Of a stretch of 64,000 nucleotides of DNA, positions 11,227 to 20,787 are shown piece after piece. The stretch spans positions 5,048 through 69,047 of the forward strand of contig JBHPFN010000001.1 of NCBI GenBank assembly GCA_042571725.1. The letters run 5' to 3'. This DNA is from Candidatus Omnitrophota bacterium (GTDB lineage: Bacteria; Omnitrophota; Gorgyraeia; VGKH01; JBHPFN01). The stretch's first letter is position 1. The number at the start of each line of letters is the position of its first letter. A program made the position numbers and the translations under genes. Below the pieces are notes generated by a model, which worked only from the letters and a program-made list of their open reading frames with translations, did no database searches and had not been told where the DNA came from.

Positions 11227-11680
11227 CTTCCCGTAAAATAATCTTTACCACCTCTTTAGAATCCTTTGCTTGTTTCAGTTGTTCTCTTAAATACTTATCT
11301 TTTAAAAGCCTCGATATCCTGGCTAATGCCTTTAAGTGAGGACCAGTGGTATCTTGAGGCGCAACGAGCAAAAAGAAAATGTGCACAGAGTCCCCATCGA
11401 GTGAATCAAAATCAACGCCTTGCCGAGAAAGCCCGAATGCTGCAACGAGCCTTCCTACACAGTCTGTTTTACCGTGAGGGATACCGATTCCCTGACCTAT
11501 CGCAGTAGAACCCAGTGCTTCCCTGGCCATTAATATCTCTAGGAGTTTCTTTTTATCCCGAGACTCAATCTCTCCGGCACCAGCGAGTAGATTCACGAGC
11601 TCCTTTAAAAGGCTTTCCTTATCGGTTGATTTCAAATCGGTAGTGATAGCCTTCTTACTTAAGAAATCCATTACCTTCAT
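11210..11680 (-). CDS. ptsN: PTS EIIA-Ntr type regulatory protein
   Basis: EIIA(Fru/Ntr)-type fold with active-site GIGIPHGK. Start placed at MKVMDF (ATG 11680) behind a GGAGGA RBS, not at the longer ORF start 11716. Confidence 0.75.
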   Translation of the reverse strand: MKVMDFLSKKAITTDLKSTDKESLLKELVNLLAGAGEIESRDKKKLLEILMAREALGSTAIGQGIGIPHGKTDCVGRLVAAFGLSRQGVDFDSLDGDSVHIFFLLVAPQDTTGPHLKALARISRLLKDKYLREQLKQAKDSKEVVKIILREDEKKI

Positions 11681-11738
11681 GTTAGTATCCTCCCGGACTA
11701 TTAATCTATTAAACATTAAGGACGAGCAAATTCCGTAA

Positions 11739-11811
11739 AGCGGGAGACGGGGGTCGAACCCGCGACATCAACGTTGGCAACGTTGCACTCTACCAACTGA
11801 GTTACTCCCGC
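11739..11811 (-). tRNA. tRNA-Gly (anticodon GCC)
   Basis: Reverse complement folds as a cloverleaf: acceptor GCGGGAG/CTCCCGC, anticodon arm CAACG-TTGCCAA-CGTTG, T-loop TTCGACC. No encoded CCA. Confidence 0.88.
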
Positions 11812-11835
11812 AGATAATTATGTAGAACTGATATA

Positions 11836-11917
11836 TGGGCGGAAGAGGACTTGAACCTCCACGCCTTGCGGCACATGGTCCTAAGCCATGCGCGTATGCC
11901 AATTCCGCCATCCGCCC
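11836..11917 (-). tRNA. tRNA-Leu (anticodon TAG)
   Basis: Acceptor GGGCGGA/TCCGCCC, anticodon arm CATGG-CTTAGGA-CCATG, long variable arm, T arm GGAGG-TTCAAGT-CCTCT. Confidence 0.85.
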
Positions 11918-11976
11918 TTTATGAAGCTTCTTTGGCGGCAGTCCTGCGCAACAGGACCATCCTCCCGAGGATTTTG

Positions 11977-12053
11977 TGGTGAGCCACCCGCGACTCGAAC
12001 GCGGCACACCCGCCTTAAAAGGGCGGTGCTCTACCAAGATGAGCTAGTGGCTC
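11977..12053 (-). tRNA. tRNA-Lys (anticodon TTT)
   Basis: Acceptor GAGCCAC/GTGGCTC, anticodon arm CCGCC-CTTTTAA-GGCGG, T-loop TTCGAGT, encoded 3' CCA. Confidence 0.88.
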
Positions 12054-12054
12054 A

Positions 12055-12615
12055 CTAAAATTCCGTCAATTCTTTCTCTTTATCCTGTAGAATATTATCT
12101 ATCTGCTGTATATATTTATCTATAAGCTTTTGAATTTGTTCCTGGGCTTTAAAACGATCATCCTCTGGAATCTTTTTATCGTGCTCTAATTTTTTAATGG
12201 CCTCGTTTGCGTCTCTTCGTATTGTACGAAGCGATATCCTGCCCTCCTCAGCCATATCTTTGACCACCTTCGCCAATTCCTCTCTCCTCTCTTTAGAAAG
12301 AGGCGGAAGGCCTAAGCGAATAATCTTTCCGTCGTTAGAAGGCGTAATGCCTAAGTTGGATTTCAAAATTGATTTTTCTATCTCCCCGATAATTGAAGGA
12401 TCCCACGGCTGAATCACAATAAGCCGTGCATCAGGAATTGAAATAGACGCGATTTGCTTTAAGAGCATTGGTGTGCCAAGGTAGTCGACATGTAAACCCT
12501 CTACGAGTGAAGGGCTGGCGCGTCCCGTGCGGATTTCAGAAAATTCTCTCCTGCACGCATCAATTGATTTCTTCATTTTTGCTTCGGCTTCATTCATGGT
12601 CTCTTTTACTGACAT
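12055..12615 (-). CDS. frr: Ribosome recycling factor
   Basis: 186-aa ORF. FSEIRTGRASPSLVEGL and LSKERREELAK patterns. Conserved rpsB-tsf-pyrH-frr order. Confidence 0.9.
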   Translation of the reverse strand: MSVKETMNEAEAKMKKSIDACRREFSEIRTGRASPSLVEGLHVDYLGTPMLLKQIASISIPDARLIVIQPWDPSIIGEIEKSILKSNLGITPSNDGKIIRLGLPPLSKERREELAKVVKDMAEEGRISLRTIRRDANEAIKKLEHDKKIPEDDRFKAQEQIQKLIDKYIQQIDNILQDKEKELTEF

Positions 12616-12629
12616 TGCACACCTACCTT

Positions 12630-13349
12630 TTAATGTACTGTTGTTCCTATTTTTTCTCCAGTAATAACACGCTTCATATTGCCATCTTTGGTAAAGTTAA
12701 AAACTACAATAGGCAGCTGATTATCCATGCAAAGGCTGATTGCGGTAGCATCCATTACCTTAAGCTTCTTTCTTAAAACATCCATATATTTAAGGTGAGA
12801 AAATTTTTTCGCCGACTTTACTTTTTTAGGATCGTCGGAATACACGCCATCAACCTTAGTTGCTTTAAGAATCACATCAGCGTTAATCTCCATTGCCCGA
12901 AGTGCTGCGGCGGTATCGGTAGTGAAATAAGGATTCCCTGTTCCTGCAACAAAAACAACCACGCGTCCTCTTTCCAGATGCCGTATCGCTCGCAGGCGAA
13001 TATAGGGCTCTGCTATTTCGTGCATTTCAATCGCTGTCATCACGCGAGTAGGTACCCCGGCTTTCTCCAGCGCCTCCTGCAGTGCCATCCCATTGAGAAC
13101 CGTTGCCAACATACCCATATAGTCGGCAACAGAACGATCCATATCGAAAGTATCAACGTTGCTTTGTCCACGGAAGATATTGCCTCCGCCGACAACTAAG
13201 GCAACTTGCGTGCTTAAAGACTTTATCGCTTTGATCTGCTTTGCCAGAGAAACGCATATCTTAGGATCAATGCCATGTTGCTTATTCCCTAAAAATGCCT
13301 CTCCGCTTAATTTTATGACGACGCGTTTATAGACGGGCTTTTTGCTCAC
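12630..13349 (-). CDS. pyrH: UMP kinase
   Basis: 239-aa [25 protein letters not shown] and [17 protein letters not shown] motifs. Confidence 0.9.
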   Translation of the reverse strand: MSKKPVYKRVVIKLSGEAFLGNKQHGIDPKICVSLAKQIKAIKSLSTQVALVVGGGNIFRGQSNVDTFDMDRSVADYMGMLATVLNGMALQEALEKAGVPTRVMTAIEMHEIAEPYIRLRAIRHLERGRVVVFVAGTGNPYFTTDTAAALRAMEINADVILKATKVDGVYSDDPKKVKSAKKFSHLKYMDVLRKKLKVMDATAISLCMDNQLPIVVFNFTKDGNMKRVITGEKIGTTVH

Positions 13350-13873
13350 TGCTCACCTAGCTTAAACCTAACAAAGCGGCTGATTGAAACATTTTCTCCT
13401 GTCTTTGAAATAACAGAATTAAGATACTCTTGAACGGTGGTACGCTGGTCTTTGACGAAGGGCTGATCGAGCAAACAGTTGGTTTTATAATAGTCATCAG
13501 GATTTTTTTCATCCTTGATAATATCTTTAGACACATCGTCTCTCTTAAGATGCGCAGGGTCTGAGGCTGCAATGTGCATTGCGATGTCTTTTGTGAATTG
13601 CTTGAATTCTTCGTTTCTCGCCACAAAATCTGTCTCGCAATTTACTTCAACCAGTACGCCGATTTTATTTCCCAAATGCACGTAGGCCTCGATACGGCCT
13701 TCATTCGTAGCGCGCATCGCTTTTTTTGCAGCGATCTCTAAACCTTTCTTGCGTAAAATCACCTTTGCCTTCTCCACGTCTCCCTTGGATTCCTGAAGGG
13801 CTCGGCGACAATCCATTATACCCGAGGATGTCATCTCTCGTAATTCCTTCACCTTTTCTGCTGATATCTTCAT
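13346..13873 (-). CDS. tsf: Translation elongation factor Ts (short form)
   Basis: 175-aa ORF. N-terminal UBA-like [19 protein letters not shown] and [11 protein letters not shown] core. Markedly shorter than the ~280-aa E. coli type. Confidence 0.8.
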   Translation of the reverse strand: MKISAEKVKELREMTSSGIMDCRRALQESKGDVEKAKVILRKKGLEIAAKKAMRATNEGRIEAYVHLGNKIGVLVEVNCETDFVARNEEFKQFTKDIAMHIAASDPAHLKRDDVSKDIIKDEKNPDDYYKTNCLLDQPFVKDQRTTVQEYLNSVISKTGENVSISRFVRFKLGEQ

Positions 13874-13888
13874 AATTTTGAAACTCCT

Positions 13889-14716
13889 TTAGCTGGTAGT
13901 TTTTTGTTTCTTCTCTTCTGTGGTTTTTGTTTTTTTGGGACGGCTGCTTTTTTCTTTACCTTCTTCAGGAACAGGCGGTGCTGCTTCTGACTCCTTCCGC
14001 TCCTCCGCGATAGGCGTTGCCATATCTTTTAAGAACTTCTCTCTTCCTGCAATAATACTTTCAGAAAGCAGATGGGTAACTAAATGAATGGACTTTAACG
14101 CGTCATCGTTTCCTGGAATAGGAAAATCTATTAAATCTGGGTCGCAGTTGGTGTCAATAAGACCAACAACTGGAATTGAGAGCTTTCTGGCTTCCCGTAC
14201 TGCCGTTTCTTCTTTCTTAGAATCTACCACGAACACGGCTCCTGGAAGCTGCTCCATGTCTCTTACTCCCAAAAGGTTTCGTCCTAGCTTTTCTTTTTCT
14301 TTAGTGAGCGATGCTATTTCCTTCTTGGTAATCTTTTCAAAGAGTCCTTTGTTTTCCATGCTTTCAATTTCCATCATTCGTGCGACAGACTTGCGTATGG
14401 TTTGAAAGTTGGTAAGCAGCCCGCCGAGCCAACGCTTGTTCACATAAAACATCTTACAGCGCAGGGCTTCTTCCTTGATTACCTCTTGAGCCTGTTTCTT
14501 AGTCCCGGCAAAAAGCACGGTCTGGCCTTTTGAAGCAATATCTTTCAAAAACTCGCGGGCTTGATTTAATGCCTCCAAAGTCTTCTCAAGGTCAATTATA
14601 TAGATTCCTTTTCGCTCGCCAAAAATAAATTTGGCCATCTTAGGGTTCCATCTCTTAGCTTGGTGCCCGAAATGAACCCCTGCTTCAAGTAATTGTCTAA
14701 TCAGTTCTTCAGTCAT
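13889..14716 (-). CDS. rpsB: 30S ribosomal protein S2
   Basis: 275-aa ORF. LLEAGVHFGHQAKRWNPKM signature. Lys/Glu-rich C-terminal extension. Confidence 0.92.
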   Translation of the reverse strand: MTEELIRQLLEAGVHFGHQAKRWNPKMAKFIFGERKGIYIIDLEKTLEALNQAREFLKDIASKGQTVLFAGTKKQAQEVIKEEALRCKMFYVNKRWLGGLLTNFQTIRKSVARMMEIESMENKGLFEKITKKEIASLTKEKEKLGRNLLGVRDMEQLPGAVFVVDSKKEETAVREARKLSIPVVGLIDTNCDPDLIDFPIPGNDDALKSIHLVTHLLSESIIAGREKFLKDMATPIAEERKESEAAPPVPEEGKEKSSRPKKTKTTEEKKQKTTS

Positions 14717-14797
14717 ACTCCTCCTTAGTTGGCAAATTGTGCCGATTTTTGCGTTAAATGGTTAGTTTTTGGTATGTTACCACAGATATTGAAGTTT

Positions 14798-14825
14798 AGT
14801 ATAGCAAAAAATGTGTTTTTTGCAA
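14798..14825 (-). promoter_or_regulatory. sigma70-type promoter of the rpsB operon (TTGCAA-N16-TATACT)
   Basis: On the minus strand, TTGCAA (14825-14820), a 16-nt spacer, then TATACT (14803-14798). About 80 nt upstream of the rpsB ATG. Confidence 0.55.
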
Positions 14826-14842
14826 GGTTTTTTATTGGATTC

Positions 14843-16639
14843 TTACATCTTGAATTGTGTCTCGTAAAGTCGCTTGTAGAGACCGCTTTTGGAGAGCAAT
14901 TCTTGGTGTTTTCCTATATCAACGATTTTTCCTTCATCTAATACAATAATCTTATTGGCCTTTCTAATGGTAGAAAGCCGATGGGCAATACAAAAAACAG
15001 TGCGATTTTTAACCAAATGGTCTAGCGCCTCTTGGACATACCTTTCAGATTCTGAGTCTAATTGTGAAGTTGCTTCATCAAGAATCAGGATAGGCGGATT
15101 TTTCAAGATTGCCCGTGCGATGGTTAACCTCTGCTTTTCTCCGCCAGAAAGCTTAAAACCTCTGTCGCCAACAATGGTATTGTATTCTTCAGGCATTTTC
15201 ATAATAAAATTATGCGCAAATGCCATTACTGCAGCATGCCTAACCTTTTCATCGCTCACCGCTCCGCTACCGTAAGAAATATTTGCCTTAACCGTATCAT
15301 TAAACAATATTGTTTCCTGTGTTACTACAGCAACTTGTGAACGTAACGACTTTATATTCATATCTTTTACATCAATCCCGTCGATGTTGATCTTCCCTTT
15401 CGTAGGATCATAAAATCGTGGGATGAGATTTACCAATGTAGTCTTACCGGCCCCTGTAGGCCCGACAATAGCTATTAATTCTCCTGCATGTATGGTAAGA
15501 TTAATGTCTCTTAATACTTCCGCGGTTTCTTCTTCGTATCGAAACCAAACATCTTTAAATTCAATGAGTTTCTCAACGCCCCCTATCACCAACGCATCTG
15601 TTTTTTCTCTTACGGTTGGTTGGGCCTCAAGCACATCATGTATTCTCTCGCTAGCAGCAAGGGCTTTTTGAATAATGGCGTTTACTTGAGAAAGTTTTTT
15701 GCAAGGCCGAATGAGAGAAAATAACCCGCCTAAAAATAATCCAAAGACGCCGAAAGAAATTGTCTCATTGATTACTTCGCGCACCCCGAAAAAAAATATT
15801 CCCACTCCACAAAATGCACCAATAAATTCCGTTAATGGCCCTAAAATCAAATTGCGCCTTATTGACTTCATGGTTATCTTATAAAAGTCTTTATTCTGGG
15901 CTGCAAATCTTTTTGTCTCATATTCTTCCATGCAAAAGGCCTTTACAATACGCACTCCAGAGATCGTTTCATATAATAATGAATTAATATCCGCCATTTT
16001 CTCTTGAGAGCTCTTTGCAAGCTTCTTGAGCATCCTACCTATACTTACCATAGGACCCGCAACAAGAGGAAATAATACAAAAGAAATCAAGGCAAATTTC
16101 CAATGAATAAAGAAGATTAAACATGTAAAGAAAACTACTTGCAGGGATTGATAAATAAGGTCTGTAACCCCATAGGAGACAGCATTTTCCACAAGCATTA
16201 CATCATTAGTAATGCGGGAAATCAACTCGCCGCTGCGTTTTTTGCTATAATAATCTAAGGAAAGATCTTGAAATTTCTTATATAAGGCTAGGCGCATATC
16301 CCGCACGACTCTCTGCCCGATATTCGACATAAGATACGACTGCCAAAAGAAGAAAAACCCCTTAAGCAGAAAAAGTATTAAGATTGTAACCGCAATGGTG
16401 GTCAAGAGTTCTGCCCGAGGGATATTGTTTATTTTCTCTATGACACTGCTTAATCCAAGCGGTAGGTTATCAAACGGGACAATAATCTTGCCATCACTTA
16501 ACACCCTGTCAGTAAACGGGGCTACCATTGTGATGGTCACGCCATCAAAGAGTGCGGAGAACCCCATGCATACGATCGCAGGGACAAAAAAAATGACGTG
16601 GGGTTTAAGATATTTGAGGAGCTTAATATAGTTTTTCAT
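14843..16639 (-). CDS. msbA: ABC transporter permease/ATPase, MsbA-like lipid exporter family
   Basis: Six N-terminal TM helices. Walker A GPTGAGKTT, signature LSGGEKQR, Walker B ILILDEATS. Start moved to MKNYIKLLKYL (16639), because the longer ORF would overlap the divergent gene. Confidence 0.78.
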   Translation of the reverse strand: MKNYIKLLKYLKPHVIFFVPAIVCMGFSALFDGVTITMVAPFTDRVLSDGKIIVPFDNLPLGLSSVIEKINNIPRAELLTTIAVTILILFLLKGFFFFWQSYLMSNIGQRVVRDMRLALYKKFQDLSLDYYSKKRSGELISRITNDVMLVENAVSYGVTDLIYQSLQVVFFTCLIFFIHWKFALISFVLFPLVAGPMVSIGRMLKKLAKSSQEKMADINSLLYETISGVRIVKAFCMEEYETKRFAAQNKDFYKITMKSIRRNLILGPLTEFIGAFCGVGIFFFGVREVINETISFGVFGLFLGGLFSLIRPCKKLSQVNAIIQKALAASERIHDVLEAQPTVREKTDALVIGGVEKLIEFKDVWFRYEEETAEVLRDINLTIHAGELIAIVGPTGAGKTTLVNLIPRFYDPTKGKINIDGIDVKDMNIKSLRSQVAVVTQETILFNDTVKANISYGSGAVSDEKVRHAAVMAFAHNFIMKMPEEYNTIVGDRGFKLSGGEKQRLTIARAILKNPPILILDEATSQLDSESERYVQEALDHLVKNRTVFCIAHRLSTIRKANKIIVLDEGKIVDIGKHQELLSKSGLYKRLYETQFKM

Positions 16640-16655
16640 AATAACGTAAGCGTTT

Positions 16656-16699
16656 ATTGTAGCATCTCGATTGACTTTTGTCGAGTTATTTGTTATATT
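16656..16699. promoter_or_regulatory. Back-to-back divergent promoters (msbA-like gene on minus, oxidoreductase on plus)
   Basis: Plus strand: TTGACT (16671-76), N17, TATATT (16694-99), which ends 6 nt before ATG 16706. Minus strand: TCGACA (16684-79), N17, TACAAT (16661-56). Confidence 0.45.
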
Positions 16700-16705
16700 G
16701 AGTGC

Positions 16706-17632
16706 ATGCGCAAAGTCAATATTGCGGTAATCGGCACAGGACATCTCGGCTCCAAACATACAAAGGTATATGCAGCACTTCCTAGTAAGGTAAACCTTGT
16801 TGCTGCCTGCGATTGCCAGCCTTCAAAGGCACAGCCTATCTCCCAACAATACAACATCCAGCCTTTTCTCGATTATAAAAAGATTCCTTTAAAAACCCTT
16901 GATGCAGTAAGTATTTGCGTTCCAACAAAACTTCATTATACAGTTGCAAACTACTTTCTCTCTCATAAAATCCACTGCCTTATTGAAAAACCAATTACTA
17001 CGACCCTACAACAGGCAAAGCACCTTACGGCGTTAAGTCAGAAGAAACGTATAACGCTACAGGTAGGCCATGTAGAAAGGTTTAATTCAGCGTTTCAAGC
17101 CATCAAAAACATTGCACGCAATGCCCGTTTTATAGAATGCCACCGTTTAAGCCCTTTCTCCGGAAGATCTACTGATATAGGAGTAGTATTGGATTTGATG
17201 ATTCACGATATAGATATTATCTTAGGGTTGGCTAAGTCAAAACTTAAAAACGTCCAGGCCGTAGGGGTCAATATACTCACTCCTCGAGAAGATATTGCAA
17301 ATGCGCGCATTGCGTTTCAAAACGGTTGTGTATGCAACCTTACCGCGAGCCGAGTTTCACCTGAAGCAATGCGTAAAATTCGGCTGTTCTTAAAAGATAC
17401 CTATATTTCTCTGGATTACGTAACGCAAGAAGCCTTTATGTACAAGAAAAAGAATAATCTCATCGTAAAACACGCCCTTCCCATTGAACGGGAAGAACCT
17501 CTCAAAAAGGAAATCGAGTCATTCATTGACTGCATACTCCGCAGAAAAAAACCCGTTGTCTCCGGCAAAGAGGCGACCGATGCACTTTCGCTCGCATTAA
17601 AAATCCAACGCCTGATATGGAAGAAAAAATAA
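16706..17632 (+). CDS. Gfo/Idh/MocA family oxidoreductase
   Basis: Rossmann N-terminus VNIAVIGTGHLGSKH and the LIEKP motif. Start placed at MRKVNIAV (16706). Adjacent to lpxB, as in many lipid A loci. Confidence 0.7.
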   Translation: MRKVNIAVIGTGHLGSKHTKVYAALPSKVNLVAACDCQPSKAQPISQQYNIQPFLDYKKIPLKTLDAVSICVPTKLHYTVANYFLSHKIHCLIEKPITTTLQQAKHLTALSQKKRITLQVGHVERFNSAFQAIKNIARNARFIECHRLSPFSGRSTDIGVVLDLMIHDIDIILGLAKSKLKNVQAVGVNILTPREDIANARIAFQNGCVCNLTASRVSPEAMRKIRLFLKDTYISLDYVTQEAFMYKKKNNLIVKHALPIEREEPLKKEIESFIDCILRRKKPVVSGKEATDALSLALKIQRLIWKKK

Positions 17633-18756
17633 AGAAGATAGCGATAGTGGCAGGTGAAGCATCCAGCGATATGCACGCTGCCCACTTAGTAGAGGCACTC
17701 AAGAAACAGTCGCCTCATATAGAATTCTTTGGCCTCGGTGGAAAAAAAATGCAAGCGGCCGGCGTACTTATTTTTTATAACCTTGTTGATCTAGCGGTAG
17801 TGGGATTCTTTGAGGTGTTAAAGAATTATTCTACCTTTAAGAAAATTTTTAATGATTTCCTCAAAGAAATCGATGAAATTAAACCCGATTGCGTCATACT
17901 CATCGACTATCCTGGATTCAATATGAGACTGGCTAAAGAGCTAAAAAAAAGAGAAATACGCGTTATCTACTACATAAGCCCTCAAGTATGGGCATGGGGT
18001 AAAGAAAGAATTGCACTCATCAAGAAATACGTCGATAAGATGATCGTGATTTTTAAATTCGAAGAGGAGCTCTATCAACAGCACGGAATAAATGTTTCGT
18101 TTGTAGGACATCCTCTTATGGAAAGCATAAAAGTTACCACTGAAAAAGAGCAATTCTTAAAGAGGGCCGGGCTTTCCGAAAAGAACATCACTATCGGACT
18201 CCTGCCTGGTTCTCGTCAGCGAGAAATTAAGGCCCTGTTGCCAGCAATGCTTAAGGCAGCAAGTATCATTTCTCAAAAAATGAAGAATGCGCAGTTTATT
18301 GTCTTACAATCTCCCACTCTACCTGATGAACTGGTTAAAATACATACTTCTGGCTACAACCTCCCTCTAAGGATTATTCGTGATGATACCTACAACGGCA
18401 TTAATGCCTCTGACATCGTCATCAGCGCTTCAGGAACCGCAACACTGGAAACTGCAATTTTAAAAAAGCCCCTCATTGTTGTCTATAAAGTCTCATTTCT
18501 TACCTGGCTCATTGCCAAATCAATAATTAAGCTTCCCTACATTGGTTTGGTGAATGTGGTCGCGCAAAAAAAGCTCATGCCTGAATTAATTCAATATCAG
18601 GCAACCGCAGAAAATATTGCCGATGAAGCGATGCGTCTTATTTCTGATAAGCATGGAATTAAGACGATAAAAAAAGAATTGGATTCGCTGCAAGATTCGC
18701 TGGGAAAACCCGGGGCAAGTCAACGTGCGGCGCAGATTATTGCGGGCCTCGTATAG
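17617..18756 (+). CDS. lpxB: Lipid-A-disaccharide synthase
   Basis: 379-aa ORF. IAIVAGEASSDMHAAHL N-terminus and YISPQVWAWG motif. Confidence 0.85.
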   Translation: MEEKIKKIAIVAGEASSDMHAAHLVEALKKQSPHIEFFGLGGKKMQAAGVLIFYNLVDLAVVGFFEVLKNYSTFKKIFNDFLKEIDEIKPDCVILIDYPGFNMRLAKELKKREIRVIYYISPQVWAWGKERIALIKKYVDKMIVIFKFEEELYQQHGINVSFVGHPLMESIKVTTEKEQFLKRAGLSEKNITIGLLPGSRQREIKALLPAMLKAASIISQKMKNAQFIVLQSPTLPDELVKIHTSGYNLPLRIIRDDTYNGINASDIVISASGTATLETAILKKPLIVVYKVSFLTWLIAKSIIKLPYIGLVNVVAQKKLMPELIQYQATAENIADEAMRLISDKHGIKTIKKELDSLQDSLGKPGASQRAAQIIAGLV

Positions 18757-18760
18757 AATG

Positions 18761-19528
18761 TTAGTGCGGTTTACGTTCACTCCTGAATAAATTATAATAT
18801 CCGGAAAGTTTCATCCAAAAAGTAATTGCAGTATCATTATCATCGGGCTTGATCCTCTGAAGACTGTAGACATCCCAGTTGAAACGGTTAGGCCCTCTAT
18901 TTGTCGTGTAGGCGCTCTTGTAGCCGGCTGCATGTACCAATGCTTTTGCCCGAGAAGTATAACCACCTATCGGGTAGCAGAAATGCCGAATCTCGATTCC
19001 CAGTTTTTCCTCAAGCATGCGTTTACTTTCGAAGATTTCTTTTCGCATTGTCTCAATATCTTCATCGGGTAAATACAGCTGCCTCACTCCGTGAGAACCA
19101 AAATCAATACCACTATCAATCATCTCTACAATCTGCTCAAGAGACATAAACCCTCCATCGATAGTTTCTGCGCCGATAAACATCAGTGCAGGAAAATCAT
19201 ACTTCTTTAATATAGGAAACGCTTTGGTGTAGTTATCAACATAGCCATCGTCGAAAGTAAGTACTACGGTATTGCGCGGAAATTCTCTCTCAGAGCGAAT
19301 TCCCTCAACCAATTCATCTAACGAAATCACATTATATCCGCGCTTCTTAAGAAAGGCCATCTGCCACTCCAGCGTCTCTGGCGTCACGGTAGGACAGTCG
19401 GGAAAACTCGTGTCATTAACATGGTGGTAGGTAAGTATCGGCACAACGTATACCTGCGGCAGAAACAATAGAAACCCGCCAGCACAGAGAATAAAAATGA
19501 GCGCGCTAATCGTAATATATTTTTTCAT
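18761..19528 (-). CDS. Polysaccharide deacetylase (NodB/CE4-type) with N-terminal membrane anchor
   Basis: LTFDDGY and HG-containing motifs of NodB homology domains. An N-terminal hydrophobic helix. ATG 19528 is preferred over TTG 19552. No clear RBS. Confidence 0.62.
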   Translation of the reverse strand: MKKYITISALIFILCAGGFLLFLPQVYVVPILTYHHVNDTSFPDCPTVTPETLEWQMAFLKKRGYNVISLDELVEGIRSEREFPRNTVVLTFDDGYVDNYTKAFPILKKYDFPALMFIGAETIDGGFMSLEQIVEMIDSGIDFGSHGVRQLYLPDEDIETMRKEIFESKRMLEEKLGIEIRHFCYPIGGYTSRAKALVHAAGYKSAYTTNRGPNRFNWDVYSLQRIKPDDNDTAITFWMKLSGYYNLFRSERKPH

Positions 19529-19626
19529 AGTGTTTGATATTACTTTCAACAAATTTGAAAAGTATTATACCAGAAATATATAAGGATGTCTAACAAGGAG
19601 AGGACTTTTTGAAGTGAATGCTACAG

Positions 19627-20340
19627 CTACAATCCCAAAAACTTAATTGCTCCGCCGCAGAGAAAAATAACCAGCCCCGCAAGCGCATGGGAATATCTCT
19701 CCAATCGGGCGAGTGGTAACTTTGCCAACCCAAAAGAAAAAACCATAACCATCCCTAGCATGGTTGCAATAGTAGTGACGCAAAATACCGTAGCCACCAT
19801 CGCAACTGAAAGCATGTTGCCTTTTGCCGCAGGATACATTAAAAGAGGAATAAGGGGCTCGCAAGGACCAAATACAAAAATGGTAAAGAGGATCCAAGGC
19901 GTAATGTTTGTTTTTTCCTTCACCCCATGAGGATGTACGTGCTCACTGAAATGTTCATGAAGATGTTCATGATCATCGCCGTCGTGATGATGGTGAGCAT
20001 GACTGTGCGGCTTATTGCGAATTGCTCGACGAAGCCCCCAAATAAAATACATAAATCCAAAACCAAGCAATAGCCATCCGGCGATATCCCCGCGAAAAGA
20101 CTCAATAGCTTCCAACCTAAAAACAGCTACTCCCAAAGCGATACCTGCAAATCCAAGCACGACCGAACTCAACACATGACCAAAACCACACAGTAAAGTA
20201 ATAACGCTGGTTTTAAACATGCTCCAGCCCCGAGCCTTTGACATTACGATAAACGGCAAATAATGATCGGGTCCGAATAAAGTATGCAAAAAGCCAATAG
20301 TCACAGCAGTGCCTGTTAAAACTAACAATTCGTTTGTCAT
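19627..20340 (-). CDS. Polytopic membrane protein with His-rich loop, putative Ni/Co/Zn-type metal transporter (NicO/RcnA-like)
   Basis: Six hydrophobic segments. FLHTLFGPDH motif. Central loop PHSHAHHHHDGDDHEHLHEHFSEHVHPHG. Start at MTNELL (20340) behind an AAGGGGA RBS. Confidence 0.5.
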   Translation of the reverse strand: MTNELLVLTGTAVTIGFLHTLFGPDHYLPFIVMSKARGWSMFKTSVITLLCGFGHVLSSVVLGFAGIALGVAVFRLEAIESFRGDIAGWLLLGFGFMYFIWGLRRAIRNKPHSHAHHHHDGDDHEHLHEHFSEHVHPHGVKEKTNITPWILFTIFVFGPCEPLIPLLMYPAAKGNMLSVAMVATVFCVTTIATMLGMVMVFSFGLAKLPLARLERYSHALAGLVIFLCGGAIKFLGL

Positions 20341-20376
20341 AATTCCCCTTAATAGGCAGGACAACCTTTTGCTCTG

Positions 20377-20405
20377 ACTTTAAATCATTAAGGTTGGTTT
20401 GTCAA
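20377..20405 (-). promoter_or_regulatory. Candidate promoter of the His-rich transporter gene (TTGACA-N17-TAAAGT)
   Basis: On the minus strand, TTGACA (20405-20400) and TAAAGT (20382-20377). Confidence 0.4.
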
Positions 20406-20418
20406 TAAATTTAACAAT

Positions 20419-20787
20419 TTAATGACAGCGGTGTTCTCTGCAGGCAGTCTGAACGGAAATTTCTTCTAGGGAACCTGCTTTGAATTCTGTGAGCGCATCA
20501 CGCACGGTTTTTGCATCGTCTACTTTGTATACGGTGATACCGGCGGATTGCAATACGTTCAATGCCCGCACGCCTAACCCGACGCAAAGTACAATGTCGA
20601 TTTGCTTATCGCGAAGGAATTTCGCAGGATTACAGGTTCCGTGTTCATGATGTATATTGGTATTTTCGATTGCTTCACAGGTATTTTTTTCGATATCCAC
20701 ATTGAGCAAATAGGGTGCACTGCCAAAGTGCTCACTGAGTAACGAATCTAAACCTTGATCCAGTGTAACTGGTATGCATGCTTTCAC
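20419..20787 (-). CDS. NifB/NifX/NafY-type (dinitrogenase Fe-Mo cofactor biosynthesis domain) small protein
   Basis: 122-aa ORF. SEHFGSAPYLL...VLCVGLGVRALNVLQSAGITVY pattern of the Nitro_FeMo-Co domain. C-terminal CREHRCH. Its GTG start overlaps the DUF134 stop (GTGA). Confidence 0.62.
   Translation of the reverse strand: MKACIPVTLDQGLDSLLSEHFGSAPYLLNVDIEKNTCEAIENTNIHHEHGTCNPAKFLRDKQIDIVLCVGLGVRALNVLQSAGITVYKVDDAKTVRDALTEFKAGSLEEISVQTACREHRCH

Noticed and set aside
11768-12037. An 89-aa ORF spanning the tRNA cluster.
   Set aside because: The region folds into three canonical tRNAs (Gly, Leu, Lys), so the ORF is a translation artefact.
14843-16759. Long N-terminal extensions suggested by the ORF track: msbA-like to 16759, oxidoreductase from 16598, secreted protein from 48338, porin to 45910, ferritin-like to 57643, GT4 to 63059.
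   Set aside because: The extensions overlap neighbouring genes or promoters and use non-ATG starts or lack an RBS. Internal ATGs with an SD, or with conserved family N-termini, fit better.
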